Source of the DNA: an uncultured virus (IMG/VR IMGVR_UViG_3300021446_000040)
Taxonomy: Duplodnaviria; Heunggongvirae; Uroviricota; Caudoviricetes
Virus record (IMG/VR): IMGVR_UViG_3300021446_000040
Length of the DNA: 64,000 nucleotides
Direction: 5' to 3' (one strand)
Shown here one piece after another: positions 48,016 to 57,694 of this stretch (positions within the stretch are counted from its first letter, which is position 1; the number at the start of each line of letters is the position of its first letter). Under the pieces are notes generated by a model. It was not told where the DNA came from. It did no database searches and saw only the letters and a program-made list of their open reading frames with translations. A program made the translations under genes and the position numbers.

Positions 48016-48894
48016 TTAGTCGTCGTCCCAAACGCTACCCCCGACCTTTTTACATTCGTCTACGAACGGACAGAACCGCATACAGTTATCCGGGTCTATC
48101 GGGTCGGTCGCCGGAATGGTATCTTCTTGGCGGTTGTTATAATGCAGGTACGCGCGCTGTACGATTTCAAGCCAAACCTTCGCTTCTTGCGGTACGCGGT
48201 AGCGCCTTTCATCCAGTTCGTTGCGCGTGATATAGGTTAGTTCGCCTGGCGCGTCGAACGCCTGCTGATAGGTCGCCAACTGGTATTGATGCTTCGGTCT
48301 GAAACCACGCTTGTTAAAGCGATCAAGCCAGTCTAATTTCTTGATCGTTTTGGTTTCAATTACCCGATCGATTGACCCATCATATTCCGACCATTCGCGC
48401 ACAGTATCGATCGACGGGTAGCCTTCGATTTCTTCGTTGTAAGACGACTTAGCGTACCGCTGTCCGTCCTGGCCGTCGAACACGTAGGCAACATGGCCGC
48501 GACCTGGCGCGTCAACGTTGAACACTACCCAATCCGATTCGCCTACGATCCGAAGATAGCCATTCGGCGCGTCGTCCGCCGGCAGAAAGATCGTACAGCC
48601 CACGTCCTGCCGAACGCGCTTGTCGCCAAATTCTTCCCGAAGCGCGTCGCCGTATCTATCTTCAATGTCATTCCCCAAGGGAAAATATGGCGACGCTTGG
48701 GGTTCTTTCCCGTTCTTGTGCGCCCAATATTCTTTCCGCTGGCACTTGGCAACGTGGGACGCATGAACGTCGGTATCAACCGCTTTATGGCGACCTGGAT
48801 CATGGCGATCAACGTATTCGGCTTCAAGCCATTTCGGGATTAGTGGATCAAGCCGTCGAAAAGAACCAGTATCTTCCGCCGCCGTCAATTCCAT
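48016..48894 (-). CDS. Cas4/RecB-like exonuclease
   Basis: HASHVAKCQRK, GESD, IETKT, QLATY and C-terminal CMRFCPFVDEC; stand-alone, no other cas genes seen. Confidence 0.8.
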   Translation of the reverse strand: MELTAAEDTGSFRRLDPLIPKWLEAEYVDRHDPGRHKAVDTDVHASHVAKCQRKEYWAHKNGKEPQASPYFPLGNDIEDRYGDALREEFGDKRVRQDVGCTIFLPADDAPNGYLRIVGESDWVVFNVDAPGRGHVAYVFDGQDGQRYAKSSYNEEIEGYPSIDTVREWSEYDGSIDRVIETKTIKKLDWLDRFNKRGFRPKHQYQLATYQQAFDAPGELTYITRNELDERRYRVPQEAKVWLEIVQRAYLHYNNRQEDTIPATDPIDPDNCMRFCPFVDECKKVGGSVWDDD

Positions 48895-48916
48895 ACGTTA
48901 ACCTGTGCGCGGTCGG

Positions 48917-49165
48917 TTAAATAAGTGTCGCCAGGTAGATACTGAAAGCGCCGAACAGCACAGCGACGACCGCCGCAACATACGGCGCACCGAACAGCAG
49001 TAAGATAGCTTTCGTTATGCTAACCTTCCCCGCCAGTTTATGCCAAGACCACCTGAAATCGCGCTTGATGCTAACCAGGCCATGAACATAGCCGGCGAAA
49101 ACCATTAACTGCGTCAGCCCATACGCAACCGCGACGCTGGCCCACAGGGTATCAATCGCTTCCAT
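48917..49165 (-). CDS. Small membrane protein
   Basis: 2 TM; VSIKRDFRWSW loop shared with the next ORF. Confidence 0.6.
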   Translation of the reverse strand: MEAIDTLWASVAVAYGLTQLMVFAGYVHGLVSIKRDFRWSWHKLAGKVSITKAILLLFGAPYVAAVVAVLFGAFSIYLATLI

Positions 49166-49187
49166 ACTTTGCACTACAGCCGCGCGG

Positions 49188-49442
49188 CTAAATAATTGAC
49201 GCAAACCACAGCACGCCCACAACGAACAGCGCCGCAGTAGTCGCGCCCCAAGCCGGCATTACAATCGCGTCGAAAGCGATTTGCGGCGTTTTGACCTGTG
49301 CGAACGCTTCGCCCCACGTTAGGCTTCGCTTCCGCTTCAGGCTAATTACAGACCATGAACACATAATTAGCACCATTAACAGAACGATCGGGTAGGCCAG
49401 TGCGAACGCTAACCAAACCAAGCGCCATTCCATATTCCGCAT
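49188..49442 (-). CDS. Small membrane protein
   Basis: 2 TM; ISLKRKRSLTW loop. Confidence 0.6.
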   Translation of the reverse strand: MRNMEWRLVWLAFALAYPIVLLMVLIMCSWSVISLKRKRSLTWGEAFAQVKTPQIAFDAIVMPAWGATTAALFVVGVLWFASII

Positions 49443-49486
49443 ACGGCAGGCGTGAATTTATATTTTTCCGTGCCTATTATATGCGT

Positions 49487-49843
49487 ATGGGAATGGTAAC
49501 GGAACCGCCCGACCGTATTTCCGTGCGTAGGCTTACCAAAGCATACGCGGCGAATGACATTTCTACTGAAGAACTAATGCGAACCCTTCAGGAAAGCTAT
49601 TCGTTTCACGAACAGATAGAAGTGATTAGCAGTCCGAAGGCCGGCGTGCTTACCATTTCCTATAACCCTGATACACACCCGACCTTACACAAGAAGCTGA
49701 AAGGCGCTGGATGGGAAACCGACGGCATAGTAATCGACGCTTATCAGACGCCCGAATCCATCGAACGCACACAGCCAGGCCGCGTCGCTACCTACAAGCT
49801 TGGTAACAAATCAAGCAACCGCATGACTATCTTTCGCGGCTGA
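49487..49843 (+). CDS. Hypothetical protein
   Basis: TTTATA upstream; the exact start codon is uncertain. Confidence 0.55.
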   Translation: MGMVTEPPDRISVRRLTKAYAANDISTEELMRTLQESYSFHEQIEVISSPKAGVLTISYNPDTHPTLHKKLKGAGWETDGIVIDAYQTPESIERTQPGRVATYKLGNKSSNRMTIFRG

Positions 49844-49845
49844 TT

Positions 49846-50028
49846 TCAGCTTGTTAAACTTGCCAAGCCACTAACGACCGCCATGAACAGCAGGTAGGCA
49901 ACAGTCAACTGAAGCACTGTCGCGGCGGCTGTGTAAGAAATCAGAAACCCGGCAGTGAACCAGGCCGCGACCGCTATAACGATGAAAATAGACGTAACAG
50001 CGGCCAAGGCTAACGCGCCGTTATCCAT
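49846..50028 (-). CDS. Small membrane protein
   Basis: Hydrophobic 60-aa ORF. Confidence 0.55.
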   Translation of the reverse strand: MDNGALALAAVTSIFIVIAVAAWFTAGFLISYTAAATVLQLTVAYLLFMAVVSGLASLTS

Positions 50029-50077
50029 ACGGTTACTTTTGCCGCGCCCGCGTAAAAAAGTGCGGTCTAAGGCTACG

Positions 50078-50473
50078 TTAACGGGTAACTTCTTGTCGCG
50101 CCTTTCGCGCTTGCCAACTGGCCGTTTCCGTGTCCGTTCGCGCTTCGCGGATTTCTTCTTCCACTTCCGGCGGTCCGTCGTATTCGCCCCACAGCGCGCC
50201 GGCTTCGGCTTCGGCCAATTCCAAGAAGGCCATTAGCACGTCCGCGCGGTGAATCCCCGCCGTTTGGACGAAGATACCGCCTTCGGCGTCGCGTTCCTGT
50301 ACGATCGCTTCGAACGTATCGAAGCCGCCAGGTTCTTCAGCGTAGTCACCTTCGGCGTCTACGTTTTCGCGCATGGTCTTGATCGCCGCTTGCACCCGGC
50401 GCGCCAGTTCTTCGCGCGGGTTGTCCGCGCGCTTCAGCGCTTCCCGAATGTCCGGCTGTGCTGTTTCAGACAT
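50078..50473 (-). CDS. Hypothetical protein
   Basis: Acidic; TAATG overlap with the upstream gene. Confidence 0.65.
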   Translation of the reverse strand: MSETAQPDIREALKRADNPREELARRVQAAIKTMRENVDAEGDYAEEPGGFDTFEAIVQERDAEGGIFVQTAGIHRADVLMAFLELAEAEAGALWGEYDGPPEVEEEIREARTDTETASWQARKARQEVTR

Positions 50474-51273
50474 TATGCTTCGATCACCGTACCGTTTTCT
50501 TCCCGAAGCCCGGCTTCAAAGAGCACGTCGTCTAAGTCCGCCGGGTCGTCCGCCATTTGGTCTACGAACGCCGCCAGTTCCGCGCGTTCGACTACCTGCC
50601 CGTCCTGGCTTTGGACGTAAACGCGCGCCGCTTCAGCGCCCGCTGAAAGGTCGCCAGTGTCGCGGTCGTCGTTGAAGCTAACGTCGTCGTCGTCGCTTGC
50701 AAGCGTCGAAAGGTCCTGTTTTTCATCTTCCGACCCGGTTTCGATCGGGCGGCTGTCGTCCCGCTGTCCGCTGTAGTTTTCCCGCGCCGCGCGGAAAGCG
50801 TCAGCGTGTTCGTAGTCGTCGTTATCCCACGATTCTTCAGGCATAACGCGACTGTCGAAGATGTACGCGGACGACGGTGCCCATTCGACTTCTTTCGAAC
50901 CTTCGCACCGAATGATAACCGCTTCGCCGATTTCCGCGTGATTGACGTAGCCCAAGCCGCCGTGATCCGACATTTCCAAGCCGTCGCCGACTTCAAGATC
51001 GACAAAGCCGGCGTTATCCGGTGCATCCGGGTCGTAGACCCTGATACCTTCGACGGGTTCGGCCAGTGCAATGATAGCGTGTGGCTGTTCGCTATCGTAA
51101 GGCGGGGTCGTTCCCGCCATGACCACGCCCGAAACCGTCTGTGGTTCGTTCGGGTCGGGCTTCCAGTTCTTAGCGTATTCTACCTGTTCGCCTTTCGCGC
51201 CGCTTGCCGCGTCGTCTATTCCGATCATACTTGTACGCGGGTCCGGGGCTTTTCTTTTGCCCGGTTGACCCAT
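50473..51273 (-). CDS. Hypothetical protein, possibly ssDNA-binding
   Basis: Beta-rich N-terminus (WKP..TVSGVV..IGEAVIIRCEG) and a very acidic tail, in the replication module. Confidence 0.4.
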   Translation of the reverse strand: MGQPGKRKAPDPRTSMIGIDDAASGAKGEQVEYAKNWKPDPNEPQTVSGVVMAGTTPPYDSEQPHAIIALAEPVEGIRVYDPDAPDNAGFVDLEVGDGLEMSDHGGLGYVNHAEIGEAVIIRCEGSKEVEWAPSSAYIFDSRVMPEESWDNDDYEHADAFRAARENYSGQRDDSRPIETGSEDEKQDLSTLASDDDDVSFNDDRDTGDLSAGAEAARVYVQSQDGQVVERAELAAFVDQMADDPADLDDVLFEAGLREENGTVIEA

Positions 51274-51309
51274 TTAGACACATAGACGGCAGGCGTAAAA
51301 ACCTGGCGT

Positions 51310-52167
51310 TTAGTTGCTTTCAGTAGGGTTTTCGCCGATAATATCACACATTTCAGCCATGCGGTTTCGGACCGTAACAGTAGACACGTCGCCGATTTCC
51401 CCCGCTTCAGTTTGCGTTACGGGTTCGTCCGCGAACTGTGCGGCTAAGTACACAGCGCCGGCCGCAACGCCGCTTGGATTTTTGCCGTTGTCGTATTCAG
51501 ACCCGCGCCAGGCGTCGATTAGTTCCCGCGCGTGCGCGTCGTCTACGCCCGCACGCTGTGCATAGCGGCCTACGTATTCTTCCGGGTCCATGATCGGTGT
51601 TACCAAGTCATAGCGCCGGCGAAAGTTGCGGTACGCTACGTCCGCGTCCGCCTTGTCCGGCAGGTATTCTTCGATTTCATGCAGTGACCTGGTAGCCCCG
51701 TTCTGCCGGCAGATAATATAGAAACACGCGCCGCATACGCCTTCAAGCGTCAGCGCTATCAGCCCGTCCGAATGAACCTGTTTGAACAGATACGCGGCCT
51801 GTTCGATATAGCTTTCAGGCAGGTCTAAGGCCGCGCCTAAACGGTTTATCTCCGATAAACCGGCTTCCCTTGTGTGGCTGTTTTCCGTCCGCGCGCGGTA
51901 TTCTTGGTGCCGCATACGCGACCGTTTCAGCGGGTCGCTTGTGTCGTTCGTCGCGGTCATTCGCGTGCGCAAACCGTTATCCGGCAGGCGATTCGTGCGT
52001 TGCGCGCCAGTGCGCCGGCGTTCTTCGATTTCTTCGCTGTTGAACGCGCGCCATTCAGCGCCCCGGTCTATCGGTTCATCGTCGTAGACAAGCCCGCAGG
52101 ATTCACAAAACGTTTCCTTGTCGGTTGTAGAAACCCGTCCGTTACATTCTTCGCAGGCAAAAGCCAT
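51310..52167 (-). CDS. tfb: Transcription initiation factor IIB homolog
   Basis: Zn ribbon CEEC..CESCG, IDRGAEWRAF B-reader, two cyclin repeats (EINRLGAALDLP; GKNPSGVAAGAVY; VSTVTVRNR). Confidence 0.93.
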   Translation of the reverse strand: MAFACEECNGRVSTTDKETFCESCGLVYDDEPIDRGAEWRAFNSEEIEERRRTGAQRTNRLPDNGLRTRMTATNDTSDPLKRSRMRHQEYRARTENSHTREAGLSEINRLGAALDLPESYIEQAAYLFKQVHSDGLIALTLEGVCGACFYIICRQNGATRSLHEIEEYLPDKADADVAYRNFRRRYDLVTPIMDPEEYVGRYAQRAGVDDAHARELIDAWRGSEYDNGKNPSGVAAGAVYLAAQFADEPVTQTEAGEIGDVSTVTVRNRMAEMCDIIGENPTESN

Positions 52168-52202
52168 TAATAAAAGTTATCCCGGCGCTACTACTTAAAC
52201 CG

Positions 52203-52325
52203 TTACACATATTCCGGCGCTGTCTTGCAATGCACACATTCTTTCAGCACGCCGTCTATAGAAAACGCGCGCCAGTACGACGGTGATACACTACGCCCAC
52301 AGTTAGAACAGATACGATCGGCCAT
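52203..52325 (-). CDS. CxxC Zn-finger micro-protein
   Basis: MADRICSNCGRSVSPSYWRAF..ECVHC. Confidence 0.6.
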   Translation of the reverse strand: MADRICSNCGRSVSPSYWRAFSIDGVLKECVHCKTAPEYV

Positions 52326-52350
52326 ACGGCCTGTAAAAGCGCGGCGGCTT

Positions 52351-52656
52351 TTAAACTTGGACTTCAGAAAAGCCGGCAAACTGAAGCTTGATAGACCCGT
52401 TCGGTTCATCGTCGTAAGTCGGTGTGGCCTGGCAATCTTCGCCATAGATAGTAAAGACAAAAAAATCGCCGCCGCTGTACTTTACGTCTACGTCCTTGTG
52501 GGTTAGTTGCGTGCGAACGCCGTTAACGTACCACGTCCCATAGACGGTTTCCTTTTCCAAGGACAGCTTCAGCCCGCTTTCGGCTACCAGGTCTATCGCC
52601 CGGATGTATTCAGCCGGGTCGGTCACACCGATTTCAAGCCTGCCGTCTACCTTCAT
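52351..52656 (-). CDS. Hypothetical protein, paralog of 52653-52931
   Basis: EYIRAIDLVAESGLKL..GTW. Confidence 0.6.
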   Translation of the reverse strand: MKVDGRLEIGVTDPAEYIRAIDLVAESGLKLSLEKETVYGTWYVNGVRTQLTHKDVDVKYSGGDFFVFTIYGEDCQATPTYDDEPNGSIKLQFAGFSEVQV

Positions 52657-52931
52657 TCGTCTGTAAAGGTCACAACGATCTTTCCGCGCGACCCTGCTAC
52701 TGGTTTCGGCTTGCACTTTTTCAGGCCATGGTTCGTATCGACAAACACCCATTCTTGGCCGATCCAGTGCAAATCTTGATCGGCGTATTCGGTTTCATAC
52801 GTTGCCCCGTTCTTGTCTTTCCACTTTCCGATTATTGCTACGTCTACGACCTTCAGGCCTAACCCGGTTGCTAATTCAAGCGCTTCGTTGTACTTGTCGA
52901 TCGACGGTATGGTTGCTTTTACTTGTCCCAT
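52653..52931 (-). CDS. Hypothetical protein, paralog of 52351-52656
   Basis: KYNEALELATGLGLKV..GKW. Confidence 0.6.
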   Translation of the reverse strand: MGQVKATIPSIDKYNEALELATGLGLKVVDVAIIGKWKDKNGATYETEYADQDLHWIGQEWVFVDTNHGLKKCKPKPVAGSRGKIVVTFTDE

Positions 52932-52981
52932 GGTCTTACGAACGCCGCCAAGTACGAAAGGTTAACGGTCGCTTTCGCGCC

Positions 52982-53042
52982 GCTGAAATCGGCCCCTATT
53001 GTAGAAAGGACTGAAATGTGATTTAGGGCTAAGATCGGCTAA
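52982..53042 (+). repeat. Dispersed intergenic repeat, copy D (divergent, cut by N gap)
   Basis: GCTGAAATCGGCCCCTATTGTAGAAAGGACTGAAATGTGATTTAGG. Confidence 0.85.
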
Positions 53043-53142
53043 NNNNNNNNNNNNNNNNNNNNNNNNNNNNNNNNNNNNNNNNNNNNNNNNNNNNNNNNNN
53101 NNNNNNNNNNNNNNNNNNNNNNNNNNNNNNNNNNNNNNNNNN

Positions 53143-55634
53143 TTTTGCTTGGCGCGATCGGCGCGCACTTTCGAACCGCCAAACGCTATACCAGTGCCGC
53201 TATTTAGTTTGCCGATCGTTTCGGCTACGTCCGCGACCTGCTGATTCGGGCTTCGGTCCGTTGCTAATTTCACAACGGTCACACCGCCCATGACAGGCGC
53301 AAAGTCATCCATGTACCGCACTGGTTCGGGCGGGTCGCCGTGTATCTTTTCGTGGACTTCAGTCATTAATGTAATGTCATTACCCGCGAACCAGTAGGTA
53401 GCATCTTCCGGCAGGTCTTGAAAGACGCGGCCTGTGTCGCCGACTATATCTATGCTCTTTTCGTTGCCGTCAGCGCGCGTTAACACGCCCTGAAGGTCGT
53501 CGTCCGGGTCGTGGTATAGTATATTCAGCAGTTCGCGCGCATGACCTGGATAGTTATTCTTCAGCCGTTTTCGCGTTTCGAAGAAGTCGGCTTCGGGCTG
53601 TAGTTCGGCCAGGCGTGCGCGAATGTCGGCTACAAGGTCGTGGTATGCGTTATCATTTTCGCCCCATGATTCGACGCCGCTTTCTTTTATCAGCGCCGGC
53701 AGTTCTAAGATAAATTCGGCGACGGCTTCTATATCGTCGTGAATCCGGTCGGTTCGTTCTAAGTCGCCGATCCGTTCGATTATGTGTTCTGCTGTACCTG
53801 TTAGCCCATCCAGTGCGCCCATGCTTGTGCCGGTCTTGTAGCCTGTGCGTTCGCTTTCGAAGATTGTAACGCTTGAACTTATCAGCCGGCTTAGGGATGC
53901 TTCTTCGCTGGTAATTATCAGGTCAAAGTCGTTTTCGGTCGTCCGAACCACGTCTAACTTTTCGGGAACTGTTACCACGACGCGCGCTTCTTGCGCGCCT
54001 TTTACGATCGCCTGGTACTGGTTCTTTTCAGGATGGATTTTTTCAAGCGCGTCCCATGGGTCTTTAGCGGTCTGTTCGGGGTATTCGTCGCTACTGTAGT
54101 TAAGCGGTGTGTCGTTTTCGCCCCATCCGCTTCGCGCCCATCGGCGACCGCCAAGGTACGCGGTTTCAACGTTCATGTTAACCAGTTTGTCGCGCGTCGC
54201 TTGGGCTTCTTGATGCGACGGCGCGACATATACGGCGCGGTTGAAGTTATCCGCTTTCAGTTCTTCGCGGATGTTTCGGACGATTTCATAGCTTTTGCCC
54301 TGGCGCGCGATTCCCTGCATGGTAAGGTGTTTGTCAGCGCCCGCGTCGCTTTCGTCGTATTCGTTGCTGGCAACGTGTTCATCTACAGACCCTTCCGCGC
54401 CTTCGACCTTATCACGGCCTAACGGGACGTTAGCCTTGTTACGGAGCCATTCAAGCGCCTGGTTGTATTCGTATTTCGTAAGGTGTTTGCCGTCGGTATC
54501 AGTGTCGTATTCGCTTGGCGCAAACATATCGTCCGCGTCGCGTAGACCGGCTTCGATCACCGCCCACATTAGACAGCGGTACGGTACTTTGTCCTGCTGT
54601 TCGATCTGTTTGCTGGCCTTGGCGTATTCCCAGGCCCAAAACAGCGCTTGGGGGTTTCCTGCAACGCCGGCGTTTTCGCCGCCAAAGTCCGCGCCAAGGT
54701 ATCCGCAGTCGGAATTATCGTCGTACCCCCGCGACGCCAAGGCACAAAGCGAAAGTGCGTTGTGCGTACAGCTATGGCCTTCGCGGAAGCACCACACTGT
54801 CTTTCCGTTATATTCGGCGTTCGTTCCGGTTTCGCTACCGTGTAATGGGTGTGCGTGCTTGTCGCCGCTAAGGTCGCCGCCCATTGCCGAATAGACCTGG
54901 CCGGTATTCAGGTCAAACAACTGGCTACGTTCGCCGTCTACGCTTTGGCTGAAGTCGGTATCCAGTTCGTCCCACGTCGTGCGGTTCTTCGCGGCGCGCT
55001 TGATCTTGCGGTATTCTTTCCGCGCACGCGCACGAAGCCAGGAACGCGGTAGTTCGCGCATACCAAGCGTAGGCAGTTCGTCGCCGCTCGGCACGTTTTC
55101 GACGGTGTAGACCGGCGCTTCGTCGTCCGGCACTTTATCAGCCGGGCGGTAGCTACCCGGCGCGTACATAAGCTTCGCTACGTTAGTGTTCCGAAAGTCG
55201 GCGATAGTGCCGTCGCCGTCCCATTTTTCGGGAATACCGATGCTATCTAAAAGGATTTCATCGTCCGGGTCGTCCGGCTGTGCATAGTACAAGTGCGTGC
55301 CGCCCGAACGCGACCTGATTCGTAGCGTCGGCTTGAACGATTCGCCGTGTGACTGTCGGACCTGTTCGTTATCTTCGTCTATCGCGTGAAAGCGATCGCC
55401 CTGCTGAAAGATAAAGGCGACCGCGTGTGATCCGGCGTCGTTCTTGTGCTGTTGTAGGTACTTCAGCGCTTCGTGGGCGGTTAGGCGGCTTTCGGGTTCG
55501 CTTTGCCACTGTTGATCGAAGAAACCGCCGTCGCCGCTGTTCGTCGTATAGCGCTTTTCATCCAGCGCGACGCCGGCCAGCTTGCGCATGGCTTCGGCGA
55601 AAGTAGAAAATTCGCGCGGACACGTGCCTTCCAT
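53143..55634 (-). CDS. Primase-polymerase / Zn-binding / SF2-like helicase fusion (3' end lost in gap)
   Basis: HAIDED..RSRSGGTHLYY..DFR..APGS prim-pol motifs; HAHPLHGSETGTN..WCFR; GIARQGKS, VYVAPSH, VTVPEKL. Confidence 0.75.
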
Positions 55635-55674
55635 AGCAACCCCTAACAGTTTTTCCGAACTTAAACGTTCTGTT

Positions 55675-56133
55675 CTACTTCAAGCGCTTACCCCTTGGCG
55701 GGATAAGCGCGTCAATGACTTCAGACTGAATCCGATCGCCGTAATAGGACGTAATGAATCCTAATACGGTGCTGTAGATCAAAAATACCAGCGCGCCGAC
55801 AGTGATCATGTAGATGGGTAGGCGTTCGCCTGGCACGTATTCAGCGCCGCCTACGAACAGCGTGCCTAAGCCGGTCGCCAGTAGGCCGATAATCGCTAAG
55901 AACCGTTCGACTTGTGCATCGGATCGCACTTCAGCGACCCAAAGGAAATATGCGACCCATGCGAAACAGTTTCCGCCGGTAGCTAAGTAGACTTCAGGGG
56001 CGTAGTAGCCGCGATTAACGACCGTGTAGACGGACAGCAGTATCAGCCCCAAGCTGGATAGCGCCAAGACGTTTGTAACGCGCTTTCGCTTTTCCGGGTC
56101 GTTTTCGTGACTGTACGATATGAGTTTTTCCAT
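55675..56133 (-). CDS. 4-TM membrane protein (putative lysis module)
   Basis: Four hydrophobic segments at the end of the tail operon. Confidence 0.6.
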   Translation of the reverse strand: MEKLISYSHENDPEKRKRVTNVLALSSLGLILLSVYTVVNRGYYAPEVYLATGGNCFAWVAYFLWVAEVRSDAQVERFLAIIGLLATGLGTLFVGGAEYVPGERLPIYMITVGALVFLIYSTVLGFITSYYGDRIQSEVIDALIPPRGKRLK

Positions 56134-56167
56134 TATCGGCCTTGTGGTGTGTGATTATCGTACATTT

Positions 56168-56434
56168 TTAACGTTTTGCCTTTTTCTGCTGTCCGTCGTC
56201 CTGCTGTCCGCTGTTCCCGCCAGGGAATTGATCGCCGCTTCGGGTTGACTTCAGCGCCCGGCGCGCGGTTTCGGACGTTAGAAGCGTGCCGGCTAAGATC
56301 AAGAAGTCGCGCGCCAAAGATAAAAGCTGTGCGTCGAAGGTAATGAACCCAAAGAACCCAAGCCCGGCAAAGGCCAGCATAACAGCTATGATAATTTGGC
56401 CTATGTCCCTATTCGTTAGATCAAGCCGCGCCAT
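56168..56434 (-). CDS. Holin-like 2-TM protein
   Basis: Two TM segments and a charged C-terminus; follows the tail fibre gene. Confidence 0.5.
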   Translation of the reverse strand: MARLDLTNRDIGQIIIAVMLAFAGLGFFGFITFDAQLLSLARDFLILAGTLLTSETARRALKSTRSGDQFPGGNSGQQDDGQQKKAKR

Positions 56435-56482
56435 TATGATGTATGGCTATCGGGGGATTAGTAAAGTTGGCGTCGGCGATCT

Positions 56483-57658
56483 TTAATATAGATTTTCGAT
56501 GAAATAATCGCCGCCTGAAGGCATCTTAACCTTCAGGTCCGTGCTTCCGCCGTCTTTATCTTCGATATAGATAGCGGCGCTTTCGCGCGGAATGTTGTAG
56601 TTTGACGGGTCGCCGCCAAGAATGGGAATTGGTTGCATGGCGTCGCCGTTCACAAATTTCTTATTCGTCTCATCTATGGTACGGGTATCCCATTCGATCG
56701 GTTCATCCGCGTTGTTATTCGCGGGCGCGACCGCGAACGTAATAGACGGTTGTGGGGCGTCGCCCGCGCCTGGGTAGTTGCTGTTCATGCCGATCAACGC
56801 ATGGGGTTCGTTAGCAACGATAGACCGCCAAGAAGCATCGGGGCCGGGGTCGGTCGCCGAAAGCGGATTGTCGTAGTCCCAATAAGCGTTCCAAGCCCAA
56901 GCAACCCTGCCGTGTCCGCCTTGATGGGATTGCACAAAGTCAGACGTGCCGGCGGCATACCGGATGTATTCGCCGTCGCTTTCGCCGGGAACGCCGCGCG
57001 CATCTTCGCCGCGTTCGAATACGTAAGTTCCCATTAACACGTCACTTTGATCCGACCGCACGAAATTGCCAGGCTGATAGCCCCGGAAGAACTGGCTGTT
57101 TTCGGCGCGATCGACCGGGACGGAATTATCGCCTTCGTAGCGGGCGTTCCGGTAGTTCACACGGGTTGTAAGCGGCCTGCGGTTAGACGTAGCGGTGATA
57201 CTTGATCCGTCGCTGTTAACGTCCCATATCGCCAAGCGCGGCGCTTTACGACCGGATAACACGATGTTACTTTCTGTGTCTATGATTAGCCGGTCTGTGC
57301 GCGTGCGGTCAACCGCCAAGTAGATCGTTTCATCGGACGAATTAGCCGGAATGTCTACGTCGTGAACGTTATTCCCGGTCACTTGGTCGGTTTCGGCGCG
57401 GTCGTCGCTTGCAAGATAGTGTCCGCCAAAGGCGGCTTCGCCAGTATCGATCGTTACTGTCAGCCCGTTCGTTTCGAAGATACCAAAGGCGTTTAGCGGG
57501 CCGTCTAAGATTTCATTATCGGCGGTCGCTAACAGGTCCTTATCAGTCGGCACAACGTATTCGTCGCCCGACTGTGCGATCGCTTCGGCCAGGCGCATAG
57601 AATCGACGTTTCTTTGGTCGGTGCTATCGCCGTGCGTAGGTTCTGTAACAACAGTCAT
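56483..57658 (-). CDS. Putative tail fibre / receptor-binding protein
   Basis: GLTVTIDTGEA..GG, ETIYLAV and FVRSDQSD fibre-like motifs. Confidence 0.65.
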   Translation of the reverse strand: MTVVTEPTHGDSTDQRNVDSMRLAEAIAQSGDEYVVPTDKDLLATADNEILDGPLNAFGIFETNGLTVTIDTGEAAFGGHYLASDDRAETDQVTGNNVHDVDIPANSSDETIYLAVDRTRTDRLIIDTESNIVLSGRKAPRLAIWDVNSDGSSITATSNRRPLTTRVNYRNARYEGDNSVPVDRAENSQFFRGYQPGNFVRSDQSDVLMGTYVFERGEDARGVPGESDGEYIRYAAGTSDFVQSHQGGHGRVAWAWNAYWDYDNPLSATDPGPDASWRSIVANEPHALIGMNSNYPGAGDAPQPSITFAVAPANNNADEPIEWDTRTIDETNKKFVNGDAMQPIPILGGDPSNYNIPRESAAIYIEDKDGGSTDLKVKMPSGGDYFIENLY

Positions 57659-57694
57659 AACTGATTTAAGTTCCCTTTCGGCTTAAGTTATTTG

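Noticed and set aside
48016..48894. CRISPR-Cas locus
   Set aside because: Only a stand-alone Cas4-like nuclease is present, which is common in archaeal viruses; no cas1, cas2 or array was seen.
52962..53142. C-terminus LADLSPKSHFSPFYNRGRFQ of the 890-aa ORF
   Set aside because: It is translation through the N gap into repeat copy D; the same peptide appears in the spurious ORF 8103-8297.
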